Shown here: positions 25,690 to 34,167 of the stretch, one piece after another
Position numbering within the stretch: position 1 is the stretch's first letter
How the letters are laid out: every line of letters begins with the position of its first letter
From: a virus
Lineage: Duplodnaviria; Caudoviricetes
Length of the DNA stretch: 48,418 bases
Reading direction: 5' to 3' (one strand)
Virus record (IMG/VR): IMGVR_UViG_3300043579_000246
Span: 1-48,418 of that record
Notes under the pieces: model-generated
Told to the model about the DNA's origin: nothing
Database searches by the model: none
What the model saw: the letters and a program-made list of their open reading frames with translations, nothing else
Program-made: the position numbers and the translations under genes

Positions 25690-28600
25690 TGGCGATCGTC
25701 TTCAAGGCGGCCGTCACGATCGACCACACGAAGATTCCAGGTGACTTCGTCGACTTTCAGTTCCTGTTCAAGGGCACCTATCCGATTCTGAGGACCGTGG
25801 CGCACGGCGGGCGTGTGCCGAGCATCCGCACCGTCGGGTTCTACGCCGACGAGGCTTTGACGACGCCGTTGAAATTTGACCGGAAGCTGTACACGGAGTC
25901 GAGCGGTGAGGTGATCTACTGGGTGCTGCTGCCCAATGCCGACTCGACCACGGACACGGTGATCTACCTCGCCTGTGATTCGAGCGTGAGTGTCGATCCG
26001 AATGCGCCGAACGACGTGTGGCCCAAGTACAACGTCGGGGGGCTCGGTTGGCGCCTCCGGACGCACCTCGACCTGTTGGACACGCTGAAGGACTCGACCG
26101 TGTTCGCGCACGACGCGACGGCCTTTGGCGCCCCGCCGGCGATCGCCGGAAAGATCGGTTCAGCGAAGTCGTTCAACGGGATTAATCAGTACTTGACGGT
26201 CGACGGGACGTTCTTGCAGGTCACCGGCGTCATCAGCATGAAGGCGTGGGTCTACCCGACCAGTATTTCGGTCGCGCAGACGATCATTCATCGTCACGTC
26301 AACTTCCTCAACTACCGGATGGGTGTGCGTGCGACCGGGAAGCTCTACGGCGGCGCGAACATTCGCGACTTCGCCGCGGCCGAGTCGATCGCATCCCTGA
26401 CCCTCAACGCGTGGAATTTGGTCGAGGCCGGCTACGACGGGTCGGTCAACTTCGTCGTGCTGAACGACGTGCGCACCGATAGTGCGAGCGGCGGCGGCGG
26501 ATATACCGGGTCTGGCCCGACCTACATCGGCTGCGGCGAGGACTTCCTGCTCGGGCCTGGCGCGTTCCCGTTCGAGTTCTTCAACGGCTATATCGACGAG
26601 GTCGACATCCGGACGATTCCGTGGACGCAGGATCGGTCGACGGCGGAGTACAACAACCAGTCGTCACCCTCCACCTTCTACTCAGTCGAGACCCTGACGA
26701 CCCGGTTCGCGCCGTCTCTTCGTGGTCAGGAGGGGCCGCTGTACTGGTCCACGCTGGCCCACCGCGACACAGACGGCACGCCGAAGCGGTTCCCGTGGGC
26801 GCCCATCTCGATCGCCGACCCCGCGGACTACCAGGACGGGTTCAAGGACGCGATTCTGCTGTCCGTCGGCGAGATGGCCTTTCCGCTATCGGACCGTAAC
26901 GGCCTGCTCCAAGTGCCGACGTGCGACGTGACCTATTCGGACCTGCCGGGCGCCAGCGGCCTGATGCAGCTCCGCGGCATGCTGGGCCGGGACACGCAGA
27001 AAGCCCTGCGCGGGAAAGAGTTCACGATCTCGTGCATCACGGATCGCGATCGCCGTGCGCTTTTGGCGCCGATCATCGCGTTTCGCGGTTTCGTCGACCG
27101 GTGTTCCGGGGAGCCGGACTACCAGTTCACGATCCACGCGAAGGGCTGGATCGCGAAGCGGCTGGAGAAGAAGCTCTGGACCGACCGGATCGTCGACCTG
27201 TTTCCGGAAGCGCCTGCCGACTCGCTCGAGCGCGCGGCGCCGATCGCGTTCGGGATCCTGTCCGACGAAGGGTCGGACGCTGGACCCATCGTATTCGTCG
27301 ACGACGAAGCCGGCCGCGGCGGCAACGGCGGCTATCCGAATCCGCGCTCGAGTTACGGCGATCTCCCGGTCGCCGCGCCGACTGGGATGGTGGCCGCCGA
27401 AGCCGTCGGCCTCGGGAACATCAACCTCGGCGATAACCCGGGGGACGCGTACTACATCATGGCGACGCGCGTCGTCGCCGGCGTCGAAGGGGATCCCGAT
27501 ACCTTCTGGCCGTACGACATCACGCCGGTGGTCATCACGGCGGACAGCGCGGCGATCGACGCTTCCTGCGCGAATGATGGCGCGGACGCCTATCGCTTCT
27601 ACATCGGTCGGATCTTCACCGGCGAGCTGGCCTTCTCGCACTATCTCGAGACGGCGGATCCGGTCACGGGCGTCCGGTTTACCGACTTTCCGACGCTGGC
27701 GTCTCAGTCGCTCACTCCCATCACGGCAGGCGGGACGTTAGCCAGCAACCCGTTTGCGTACGTGTCCGTGGCCGCCGTCATGACCGACGGCAGCCGGACG
27801 CAACTCTTCCCCAGTCCGGCGTTCCCCGTGCTCGGCGTCGTCAATTCGCTCGGCTATGACCGGCCGGTCAGGTTTGCGATTACGCCGCTGGCCGGCGTCG
27901 ATTTCTATGAGTTCTACTTCCGGCGCCATCCGACGAACCCGTTTGACAAGCGGTTCATCGTGCCGACGACCCAGGTCAACGGGAACGGCGATGTCTACTG
28001 GGAGTACGACTGGTCCTCGAGCGGCTACGAGGTGATCACCGGAGCGCCGGTGGCCTCCGGGGTTATCCCGCCGGTCCACTGCGGCAAGTTCACGGACCTG
28101 GGTGGCTTCAGTGACTGGGATGGCTGGCTCGTGTCCGCGCGGCCCTGCTGGGAGTACGTCGCGGCCTATCAGAACGGCGTGCGGGTCGGTGAGGACGAAT
28201 ACGGCGTCGACATCCTGGCCCCGGGGAAGCCCGGCTACACCACGGCCTTTGGCGCGTTGCCCTTCACGGTGAACGGCTACACGCCGACGATGGTGTTCAC
28301 GCGCGGGCCGCGGACGTCGCGGATTCTCGGGATTGACGGCTTCGATCAGGAAACCTTTCGCGTCAACGTCAAGGGCCACGCGAACGTCGCCGGCGACGAC
28401 GTCGAGACCTCGATCTATGAGCTCCTCCGGATGCTCGCGAAAAACGCCGTGTTGCCGGATGCGCCGAGCATCAAGGGTGACTTTGATCAGGAGCCCGTCT
28501 TCACCGACGGCACGCCGCGGCTCGACGACGACAGTGTCGACCAGGCCGCGCAGGATGCGCTGGCCGTCATCCCGAATGGGCCCGCGGCCGCGCGTTGGTT

Positions 28601-29609
28601 GCCGGGCGACCCGACCGTTGATGAGTTCTTCCAGGACATCGGACCGTCCGGCAAGATGAAGTTCAGCATTAAACCGAACGGCCAGATGGTCGTGGCTGTG
28701 CACAACCCTGACGCCGATCCCGTCGCCACGTTCGACGAGCGCTTCGACATCGTCGACAAGGCTTTCCGGTTCGATGTCACCGACCAGGGCTTCGCGAACG
28801 CGACCCCGCATCAATACGCCGCCGAGTATGACGAGAGCGGCAACCTCGTCTTCCAGACCGGCGTGCCGGCTGAGGATGCTGTCTCGCAGTCCGCCGAGCA
28901 GTACGACGAGCGCAAACCGGATGACCTCTGGTCGTTCAGCTGGCGCCGCTCGGCCGGCCTTGCCCGCGGTGTGGCGCGCGCCTTCCTGGCCGAGAGCAAG
29001 TTCATGCCGCAGCCGGCGGAGGCCGATGCGATGCTCCACGCCATCCACCGGGCCCCGGGCGAGGTGGTGGCGGTCACGCACCGTCAGGGCGCGACCGCGA
29101 CCGGCTACAGCCTGCGCAAGCACGCGGTGCTCGGCATGCGGATCGCGCTCGCGCGCTACACGGTCGGCTTCACGCTCCTCGATCTGGGCGTGCAGGTGGG
29201 TGACCTGTCCTTTTACCAGTACGAGGACTTCATGGCTCAGAGCTACATCGGCGGGTCGCGGCACGACACCTGTCTGACCGACAGCGGGATCGTGGTGCCG
29301 TTCAATTGGCGCGAGTTCGTGATCGACTGGGACGAGATTCCCGGCACGCACGGGCAACGCGCGCGCATCCTGTCGGCGACCGCCGCCGGCACGATCAAGC
29401 CCTCGATCTTCCTCGCCGGCGAGGACCCGAGTGGCGACACCTCCGTCGTTGAGGGCATCACGAACGCGACGGCCGTCTTCGATGAGCAACTGCTGGTCAT
29501 TCCGCGCGGCGATGGGGAAGTCCGGTACTGGATGCTGCCGATCGCCGCCGGCGGCGCCGCGGCCGCGGACCTGAAGATCTATGGCTTCCTCGAAGGCTAC
29601 CGGCTGTAA
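25689..29609 (+). CDS. Large tail tip/hub protein with N-terminal DUF2341-like and LamG (ConA-like) domains
   Basis: TIDHTKI..D..DF, G.VIYWV, GKIG.A..FNG..QY, W.LV...YDG, F.GYIDEV.I, EYNNQSSPSTFY; hub-like C-terminal part. Confidence 0.75.
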   Translation: MAIVFKAAVTIDHTKIPGDFVDFQFLFKGTYPILRTVAHGGRVPSIRTVGFYADEALTTPLKFDRKLYTESSGEVIYWVLLPNADSTTDTVIYLACDSSVSVDPNAPNDVWPKYNVGGLGWRLRTHLDLLDTLKDSTVFAHDATAFGAPPAIAGKIGSAKSFNGINQYLTVDGTFLQVTGVISMKAWVYPTSISVAQTIIHRHVNFLNYRMGVRATGKLYGGANIRDFAAAESIASLTLNAWNLVEAGYDGSVNFVVLNDVRTDSASGGGGYTGSGPTYIGCGEDFLLGPGAFPFEFFNGYIDEVDIRTIPWTQDRSTAEYNNQSSPSTFYSVETLTTRFAPSLRGQEGPLYWSTLAHRDTDGTPKRFPWAPISIADPADYQDGFKDAILLSVGEMAFPLSDRNGLLQVPTCDVTYSDLPGASGLMQLRGMLGRDTQKALRGKEFTISCITDRDRRALLAPIIAFRGFVDRCSGEPDYQFTIHAKGWIAKRLEKKLWTDRIVDLFPEAPADSLERAAPIAFGILSDEGSDAGPIVFVDDEAGRGGNGGYPNPRSSYGDLPVAAPTGMVAAEAVGLGNINLGDNPGDAYYIMATRVVAGVEGDPDTFWPYDITPVVITADSAAIDASCANDGADAYRFYIGRIFTGELAFSHYLETADPVTGVRFTDFPTLASQSLTPITAGGTLASNPFAYVSVAAVMTDGSRTQLFPSPAFPVLGVVNSLGYDRPVRFAITPLAGVDFYEFYFRRHPTNPFDKRFIVPTTQVNGNGDVYWEYDWSSSGYEVITGAPVASGVIPPVHCGKFTDLGGFSDWDGWLVSARPCWEYVAAYQNGVRVGEDEYGVDILAPGKPGYTTAFGALPFTVNGYTPTMVFTRGPRTSRILGIDGFDQETFRVNVKGHANVAGDDVETSIYELLRMLAKNAVLPDAPSIKGDFDQEPVFTDGTPRLDDDSVDQAAQDALAVIPNGPAAARWLPGDPTVDEFFQDIGPSGKMKFSIKPNGQMVVAVHNPDADPVATFDERFDIVDKAFRFDVTDQGFANATPHQYAAEYDESGNLVFQTGVPAEDAVSQSAEQYDERKPDDLWSFSWRRSAGLARGVARAFLAESKFMPQPAEADAMLHAIHRAPGEVVAVTHRQGATATGYSLRKHAVLGMRIALARYTVGFTLLDLGVQVGDLSFYQYEDFMAQSYIGGSRHDTCLTDSGIVVPFNWREFVIDWDEIPGTHGQRARILSATAAGTIKPSIFLAGEDPSGDTSVVEGITNATAVFDEQLLVIPRGDGEVRYWMLPIAAGGAAAADLKIYGFLEGYRL

Positions 29610-29625
29610 CCAGGAGCGATCACCC

Positions 29626-30729
29626 GTGACCCACATGAAACGCGTTCTCGTCGTGCTCGCCGTCCTCAGCGCCGTCGTGGTGCTGTCGGCGCAGACACGC
29701 CTGGCTGAAGTCTGGAAGTTCACCAACGGCATCACGATCCTGAGTGGAACCGGCGATCCGGAAGGTGCCGTGACGGCTCCTGCGGGTTCTGAATATCACC
29801 GAACGAACGGCACGGTGTATGTGAAGGCCTCCGGTTCCGGCAACACCGGTTGGCTCGCCGTCGGTACGGGATCGGGGGGGATCACCCAGTTGACCGGCGA
29901 CGGGACCGCCGGGCCCGGATCGGGGTCGCAGGCGCTGACGCTGGCCAGTACCGCCGTCACGCCGGGCAGCTACACGAACGCTGACATTACCGTCGACGCC
30001 AAGGGACGCATCACAGCGGCCGCCAACGGCACCTCCGGAGGCGGTGGGAACCTGATCGGCACGACGGCGTTCGGCAGTGAACCCGGCTCGCCGTCTTCGG
30101 GCGACGTCGTCCTGTACACGAACAGCTTCTACGCGAGCCGCTATTCGGGCTCGGCCTGGGTGCCGTGGGGGCCGATCTATCCAATGACGCCACCGGTCGA
30201 CGGGGACTTCGCGTGGATCAATCAGGGCGGGGCGAGCGTGTCGACGACGAACGGTGGGATCTTCCTGTCTGGCCCGGCCGGGGCGACGAAGAACTATCGG
30301 ATCCGGAAAAAGGCCGCGCCGTCGACGCCGTACACGATTACCGCGGCGCTCTTGCCGCTCGTCATCGGGCAGAATTTTCAGACGACTGGGATCTGTTTTC
30401 GACAGAGTTCCGACGGCAAGCTGGTGGCGCTCTCGCAGTTCTACGACGGCGGGTTCAAGCTCTACGTCACCACCCTGAACGATCCAACGTCCGGCAACTC
30501 GCACATCCTGCAATTGCCCTTCGACGTGGGCGGCATCCTCTGGCTGCGGATCGCCGACAACGGCACCAATCGCCTGTATTCGTATTCGCGGGATGGCCAG
30601 AACTTCACGCAGGTCTATTCCGAAGGGCGGACCACGTTCCTGACGGCCGACGAGGTCGGGTTCTTCGTCAACGACGAGACGAACGTGTACGCGGTCGGGA
30701 TGACGTTGCTGTCGTGGAAGCAGGGATAG
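29626..30729 (+). CDS. Tail-fibre-like protein with lectin-like C-terminus and N-terminal signal peptide
   Basis: MKRVLVVLAVLSAVVVLSA-Q; GDPEGAVTAP.GS.Y.R...YVK.SG.GNTGW; VTPGSYTNADITVDAKGRITAA; WLRI.......YS.DGQNF; start GTG 29626 or ATG 29635. Confidence 0.7.
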   Translation: MTHMKRVLVVLAVLSAVVVLSAQTRLAEVWKFTNGITILSGTGDPEGAVTAPAGSEYHRTNGTVYVKASGSGNTGWLAVGTGSGGITQLTGDGTAGPGSGSQALTLASTAVTPGSYTNADITVDAKGRITAAANGTSGGGGNLIGTTAFGSEPGSPSSGDVVLYTNSFYASRYSGSAWVPWGPIYPMTPPVDGDFAWINQGGASVSTTNGGIFLSGPAGATKNYRIRKKAAPSTPYTITAALLPLVIGQNFQTTGICFRQSSDGKLVALSQFYDGGFKLYVTTLNDPTSGNSHILQLPFDVGGILWLRIADNGTNRLYSYSRDGQNFTQVYSEGRTTFLTADEVGFFVNDETNVYAVGMTLLSWKQG

Positions 30730-30733
30730 CCCG

Positions 30734-31354
30734 GTGTTGACCTGGCTGGACCGCCTCTCGCTGCTTCAGATCGCGTTGGCCGTGATCGGCGTGCCCTCGC
30801 TGATCGGTCTCGGAATGCGACTCTGGAAGCGCGTCGTCAAGCCCTCGGTCCGGTTTGTCCGGCGCGTGAACACGGCCCTTGTGACCGTCGAGGCCATCTC
30901 CAAGAACCTCGGCCCGAATGGCGGCAAGTCGCTCTACGACAAGATCGAGAGCTACGGGCACTCCCAGCGGCTGAGCGAAGCGCGATTGTCGGCCGTGATC
31001 GACGTCGTCGTCGACTACGCGCAGTTCGAAGCCGACAGCAATGGTCACTTCACCCGCGTCAATACGGCCTTCGAGCGCCTGATCGAAACGTCCACCGCGG
31101 ACATGGTCGGCAACGGCTGGATCAACGTCATCCTGCCCCAGGACCGGGAACATTTCGTCAAGGACTGGCAGCACGCGGTGCGCGACTGCCGGGCGTTCCA
31201 CTCGAGCGGCCGGTTTGTGACCCAGCGCGGCCTCGTGACCTTTGTCGCGCGCTGCAAGGCCGAACCGGTGCTCGACTCGACGGGCAAAGTGATCGGCTGG
31301 ATGGGCGCCGTCGTCCGCGGCGAGCTCGTGGACGCGCACGAGGCGGGCCGATGA
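30734..31354 (+). CDS. Single-pass membrane protein with C-terminal PAS domain (lysis-cassette associated)
   Basis: TM LLQIALAVIGVPSLIGLGM; PNGGKSLYDKI; PAS pattern FEADSNGHFTRVN.AF..L......MVGNGWINVILPQDRE....W...V...PVLDSTGKVIGWMG. Confidence 0.85.
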   Translation: MLTWLDRLSLLQIALAVIGVPSLIGLGMRLWKRVVKPSVRFVRRVNTALVTVEAISKNLGPNGGKSLYDKIESYGHSQRLSEARLSAVIDVVVDYAQFEADSNGHFTRVNTAFERLIETSTADMVGNGWINVILPQDREHFVKDWQHAVRDCRAFHSSGRFVTQRGLVTFVARCKAEPVLDSTGKVIGWMGAVVRGELVDAHEAGR

Positions 31355-31575
31355 GCCGCGTGGGCCCGGCGGCCGTGCTCGACGCTGCGCCCGTGCTCGA
31401 TCCGTCGTCCGCGTTGAAGTTTGTCCGTTGCCGGTGCGGCCGCAAGATCGCGAAAGTGGCACCGCGCTACGCCGTCTCGACGACGCCTCCGGCCGCGGCG
31501 GTCGTTGTAGAGCTGCCGCCGTGTCAGAAGTGCAAGGCCGTGAGTTACGTGTACCCGACGTCGCGCGAGTCGTAG
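31351..31575 (+). CDS. Mu Com-like zinc-finger protein (putative RNA-binding translational regulator)
   Basis: VRCRCGRKIAK...VELPPCQKCKAVS resembles the Com-family RC..C.K.L.K...IE..C..CK; ATGA-coupled to the PAS gene. Confidence 0.65.
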   Translation: MSRVGPAAVLDAAPVLDPSSALKFVRCRCGRKIAKVAPRYAVSTTPPAAAVVVELPPCQKCKAVSYVYPTSRES

Positions 31576-31607
31576 TACACTAGCGCCGCTCGATCTCGCG
31601 TTCGTTG

Positions 31608-31729
31608 CGAGGGCCAGAGCCCCACCGAGGGCCAGAGCCCCAGACCTGTTCGGAGGGTTTGTGGCGTCTGGCTCGATTTACGTACAGCCCAATTCACCGG
31701 CCGTTCCGGAGGCTCGATGACCCGGAACG
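31608..31729 (+). promoter_or_regulatory. Structured leader upstream of the endolysin: tandem 17-nt hairpin repeats, alternative long stem and RBS-occluding stem
   Basis: CGAGGGCCAGAGCCCCA at 31608-31624 and 31626-31642; 31626-31675 can fold as a long hairpin; CGTTCCGG/CCGGAACG (31702-31709 / 31722-31729) overlaps the SD and encloses the ATG. Confidence 0.65.
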
Positions 31730-32220
31730 TTGCGACGGTCGTCGCGCGCGTGCTCGAGCGCGAGGGCGGCATCGGCCAGGTTGAGGGCGAGACGTTCGTC
31801 ACGCGCTTCGGCCAGACCCCAGCCTGGCTCGAGGAGTACGGCTTCGTGCCGCCGGCGACCGCGGCCGATGCAGCGGTCAACTACGAGCGCTGGCTCGCGA
31901 TCACGCGCCTCGAGGAAATCTGCCGGATCGATCTGGCCGTCGGCGATGCGGTCGTGGACTTCGCCATCCATTCCGGCCTGAGTCCGGCCGTTGAGGCGCT
32001 CCAGCGCGCCGTCGGTGCGAAGTCGGACGGCAAGCTCGGGCCGGTGACGTTTGCCGCGGTCGCCGCCGCGCCGGCGTTCGCCGCTGTGGCGCGCCAAGTC
32101 CTCACCGCGCGCCTGCGTTACCTGGGCGTCCTGCTGGCGTCGATGAAGACGGATCGTCGGCCCTATGCCCGCAACTGGATCAACCGCGTCGCGTCACAGA
32201 TCGACGCGCTACCAGCCTGA
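31717..32220 (+). CDS. Endolysin, glycoside hydrolase family 108-like with peptidoglycan-binding C-terminus
   Basis: EREGG...TRFG.T, VDFAIHSG...A...LQRAVG...DGKLGP.T, NWINRV. Confidence 0.85.
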   Translation: MTRNVATVVARVLEREGGIGQVEGETFVTRFGQTPAWLEEYGFVPPATAADAAVNYERWLAITRLEEICRIDLAVGDAVVDFAIHSGLSPAVEALQRAVGAKSDGKLGPVTFAAVAAAPAFAAVARQVLTARLRYLGVLLASMKTDRRPYARNWINRVASQIDALPA

Positions 32221-32236
32221 GAGGAGAACCCTTTAG

Positions 32237-32560
32237 ATGCCTCCTGTCTTGATCAGCATTCTCGGCGGCCTGGTGCGATGGGCCTTAGGCCCGTTGTTCA
32301 CGTGGATGGTGCTGCGCGGCATCATTTCAGAAAACCAGATCATCGAGCTCGTGACGTGGATCACGCTGTGGCTCGCCGGCGCGCTCTGGATCGTCTGGAA
32401 GAACGTCAAAGCGCATCGCATCCTCAATACCGCGCTCGCGTCCTCGCCAGGCACAACCTTCGCCGAAGTGAAGCAAATCGTTGAGAAGGACGGCAAGTGG
32501 GCGTCGGCCCTGACGCCGCCGAATACACCCCCGGTCGTGACAGACAACAAGGGAGCCTGA
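32237..32560 (+). CDS. Holin-like membrane protein
   Basis: Two hydrophobic segments, basic residues after TM2; follows the endolysin. Confidence 0.6.
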   Translation: MPPVLISILGGLVRWALGPLFTWMVLRGIISENQIIELVTWITLWLAGALWIVWKNVKAHRILNTALASSPGTTFAEVKQIVEKDGKWASALTPPNTPPVVTDNKGA

Positions 32561-32562
32561 GT

Positions 32563-32991
32563 ATGAGTGTGAAATCGATCTTCAAGAAGATTTGGGCCGG
32601 CATCAAGGTCGCGCAGCCCTATCTCGACATGGCGGCCTCCTTCCTGCCTGGCGGTGCGGCGGTCAGTGGGGCGCTCCATGCGCTCTCCGCGATCATCGTC
32701 CGGGCCGAAGACCAGTTCCCGTCCCAAGGGAGCGGCGCGGACAAGGCCGCCTTCTTCACGCTCGAGGCGATGAAGGCCCTCGAGGCCACCACGGGCAAGA
32801 ACTTTGACTCGCCGGAAGGCCGCGCGCTGTTGGCCGAGTACGCCAACGTCGAGGTCATGGTCCGAAACGCCAAAGCGGAATACGCGCTTGTCGCGCAGAA
32901 AGTCGCCGCGTACATCGCGAGCGTGAAGACACCAGCCGCCGACGACACAACGGAGACGGCGACCGAGGCGGCACCGGCGCTCAGTTACTAG
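32563..32991 (+). CDS. Hypothetical lysis-region protein (amphipathic; possibly LL-H-type holin-like)
   Basis: Amphipathic N-terminus; AE..F...GSGADK motif. Confidence 0.45.
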   Translation: MSVKSIFKKIWAGIKVAQPYLDMAASFLPGGAAVSGALHALSAIIVRAEDQFPSQGSGADKAAFFTLEAMKALEATTGKNFDSPEGRALLAEYANVEVMVRNAKAEYALVAQKVAAYIASVKTPAADDTTETATEAAPALSY

Positions 32992-33075
32992 GTCGATACC
33001 CAAGCGACAACACAGGCTGACGCCATGCCGCGCGCCGCATTCGCACCGTCCATTCGAATCCCGAAGGAGACGCCC

Positions 33076-33807
33076 ATGAAACGCCCGTTTATCCGATTCG
33101 CGCTCATTCCAATCCTCGTCTGGCTGCTAGGGTGCGCGTCCATGGCCGCTCCCGCCGCGGCGAAGCCCTCGAGACCGCTCCTGCTCGTGCCGGCCGCCGG
33201 CCCCGCTCAGCTGCAGTGGTCCGTGCCCGTCTCGAGCGCGGTGCTCGCGTCCTATGTGCCAGGCCAGAAGATCTCGACCGACGCCGGCGCGACGTACAGC
33301 GCGCCTGCGAACCTGGTGTGCACGGGCACGACGTCGATGACCTGCACGGCGGACTTCCCGCCGACGACGAAGGGCACGTATCAAACGCGGATCCAGATCT
33401 GCGACTCGCAGGGCTCCAAAACCAAGTGCACAGAAGGCCCTGTGGTCGCGCTGGACTTCTTGCCGGCGCCGGCGAGTCCGACGGCGCCAACGTGTCCGAC
33501 TGGTTGCACGACCACCGCGCCGACGCCGCTCTCGATCGTGCTGACGGTCCCGTCCGGCGTCCTGACGCAGCCGACCGTGATGATGCTCACGACCACTGGG
33601 CCGGCCGCCTCCGTGCGCGTCGAAGTCCTGGCGGTGACTGACGGGTCTGTTGTCTGCCTATGCGCAGTGACGGGCGGGCCGACGGCCTGGGTGGCCACGC
33701 TGCACGCAGATCACGGCCCGGCTGGTCAGTACGCGCTGCGGCCGTCGGTGACCGACGCGGCGGGGCAGACGGTGCTGGGCGCGAACGTCGTCGTCACGAT
33801 TGGCTAG
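33076..33807 (+). CDS. Putative lipoprotein with two Ig/FN3-like beta domains and paired Cys
   Basis: AAGGAG RBS; MKRPFIRFALIPILVWLLG-C lipobox; Pro/Thr linker between beta-rich domains. Confidence 0.65.
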   Translation: MKRPFIRFALIPILVWLLGCASMAAPAAAKPSRPLLLVPAAGPAQLQWSVPVSSAVLASYVPGQKISTDAGATYSAPANLVCTGTTSMTCTADFPPTTKGTYQTRIQICDSQGSKTKCTEGPVVALDFLPAPASPTAPTCPTGCTTTAPTPLSIVLTVPSGVLTQPTVMMLTTTGPAASVRVEVLAVTDGSVVCLCAVTGGPTAWVATLHADHGPAGQYALRPSVTDAAGQTVLGANVVVTIG

Positions 33808-33810
33808 TCG

Positions 33811-34167
33811 ATGATGCGATCCCCGTCGGTCGTCTCGATCCCCGTGGCGCTGCTGCTCGACTGGCGGTCGCCCGATCGGGACATCCATCGCTTGCTCGTC
33901 ACCCGCGGCACGCTGACCACCACCGAGATCAAGCAGTCACTCGGGGTTGCCCGCCACGTTGCCGAGAATGCCCTGAGCCGTATGGGTCGGCTGGGTGTCG
34001 TCCGCCCGGTGGCGAAGCGACAGAAGTCCGTCCAGAACCGACAGGCGGTCCTTTGGGCCGCGACGTGCGTGCCGAGTCAGGCCGTCTGCGTAAAGGGACT
34101 GACTCGGCAGCGCGTGCGGGTCGCCCAGCCCAGGAGTCCGCGGTTTTCGGTGAGACGGGCGGCCTAG
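33811..34167 (+). CDS. Winged-helix DNA-binding protein
   Basis: IHRLL..RGTLTTTEIKQSLGVARHVAENALSRM.RLGVV. Confidence 0.5.
   Translation: MMRSPSVVSIPVALLLDWRSPDRDIHRLLVTRGTLTTTEIKQSLGVARHVAENALSRMGRLGVVRPVAKRQKSVQNRQAVLWAATCVPSQAVCVKGLTRQRVRVAQPRSPRFSVRRAA

Noticed and set aside
27738-29735. 665-aa minus-strand ORF and similar long antisense ORFs (e.g. 1101-2372, 6948-8213, 17576-18982, 45615-46904)
   Set aside because: Shadow ORFs of high-GC coding genes; no recognisable motifs, and they oppose well-supported genes
31608-31642. CRISPR or mini-array
   Set aside because: Only two 17-nt copies 1 nt apart, with no spacers and no cas genes
33076-33807. Unimolecular spanin
   Set aside because: It has a lipobox but lacks the required C-terminal transmembrane segment
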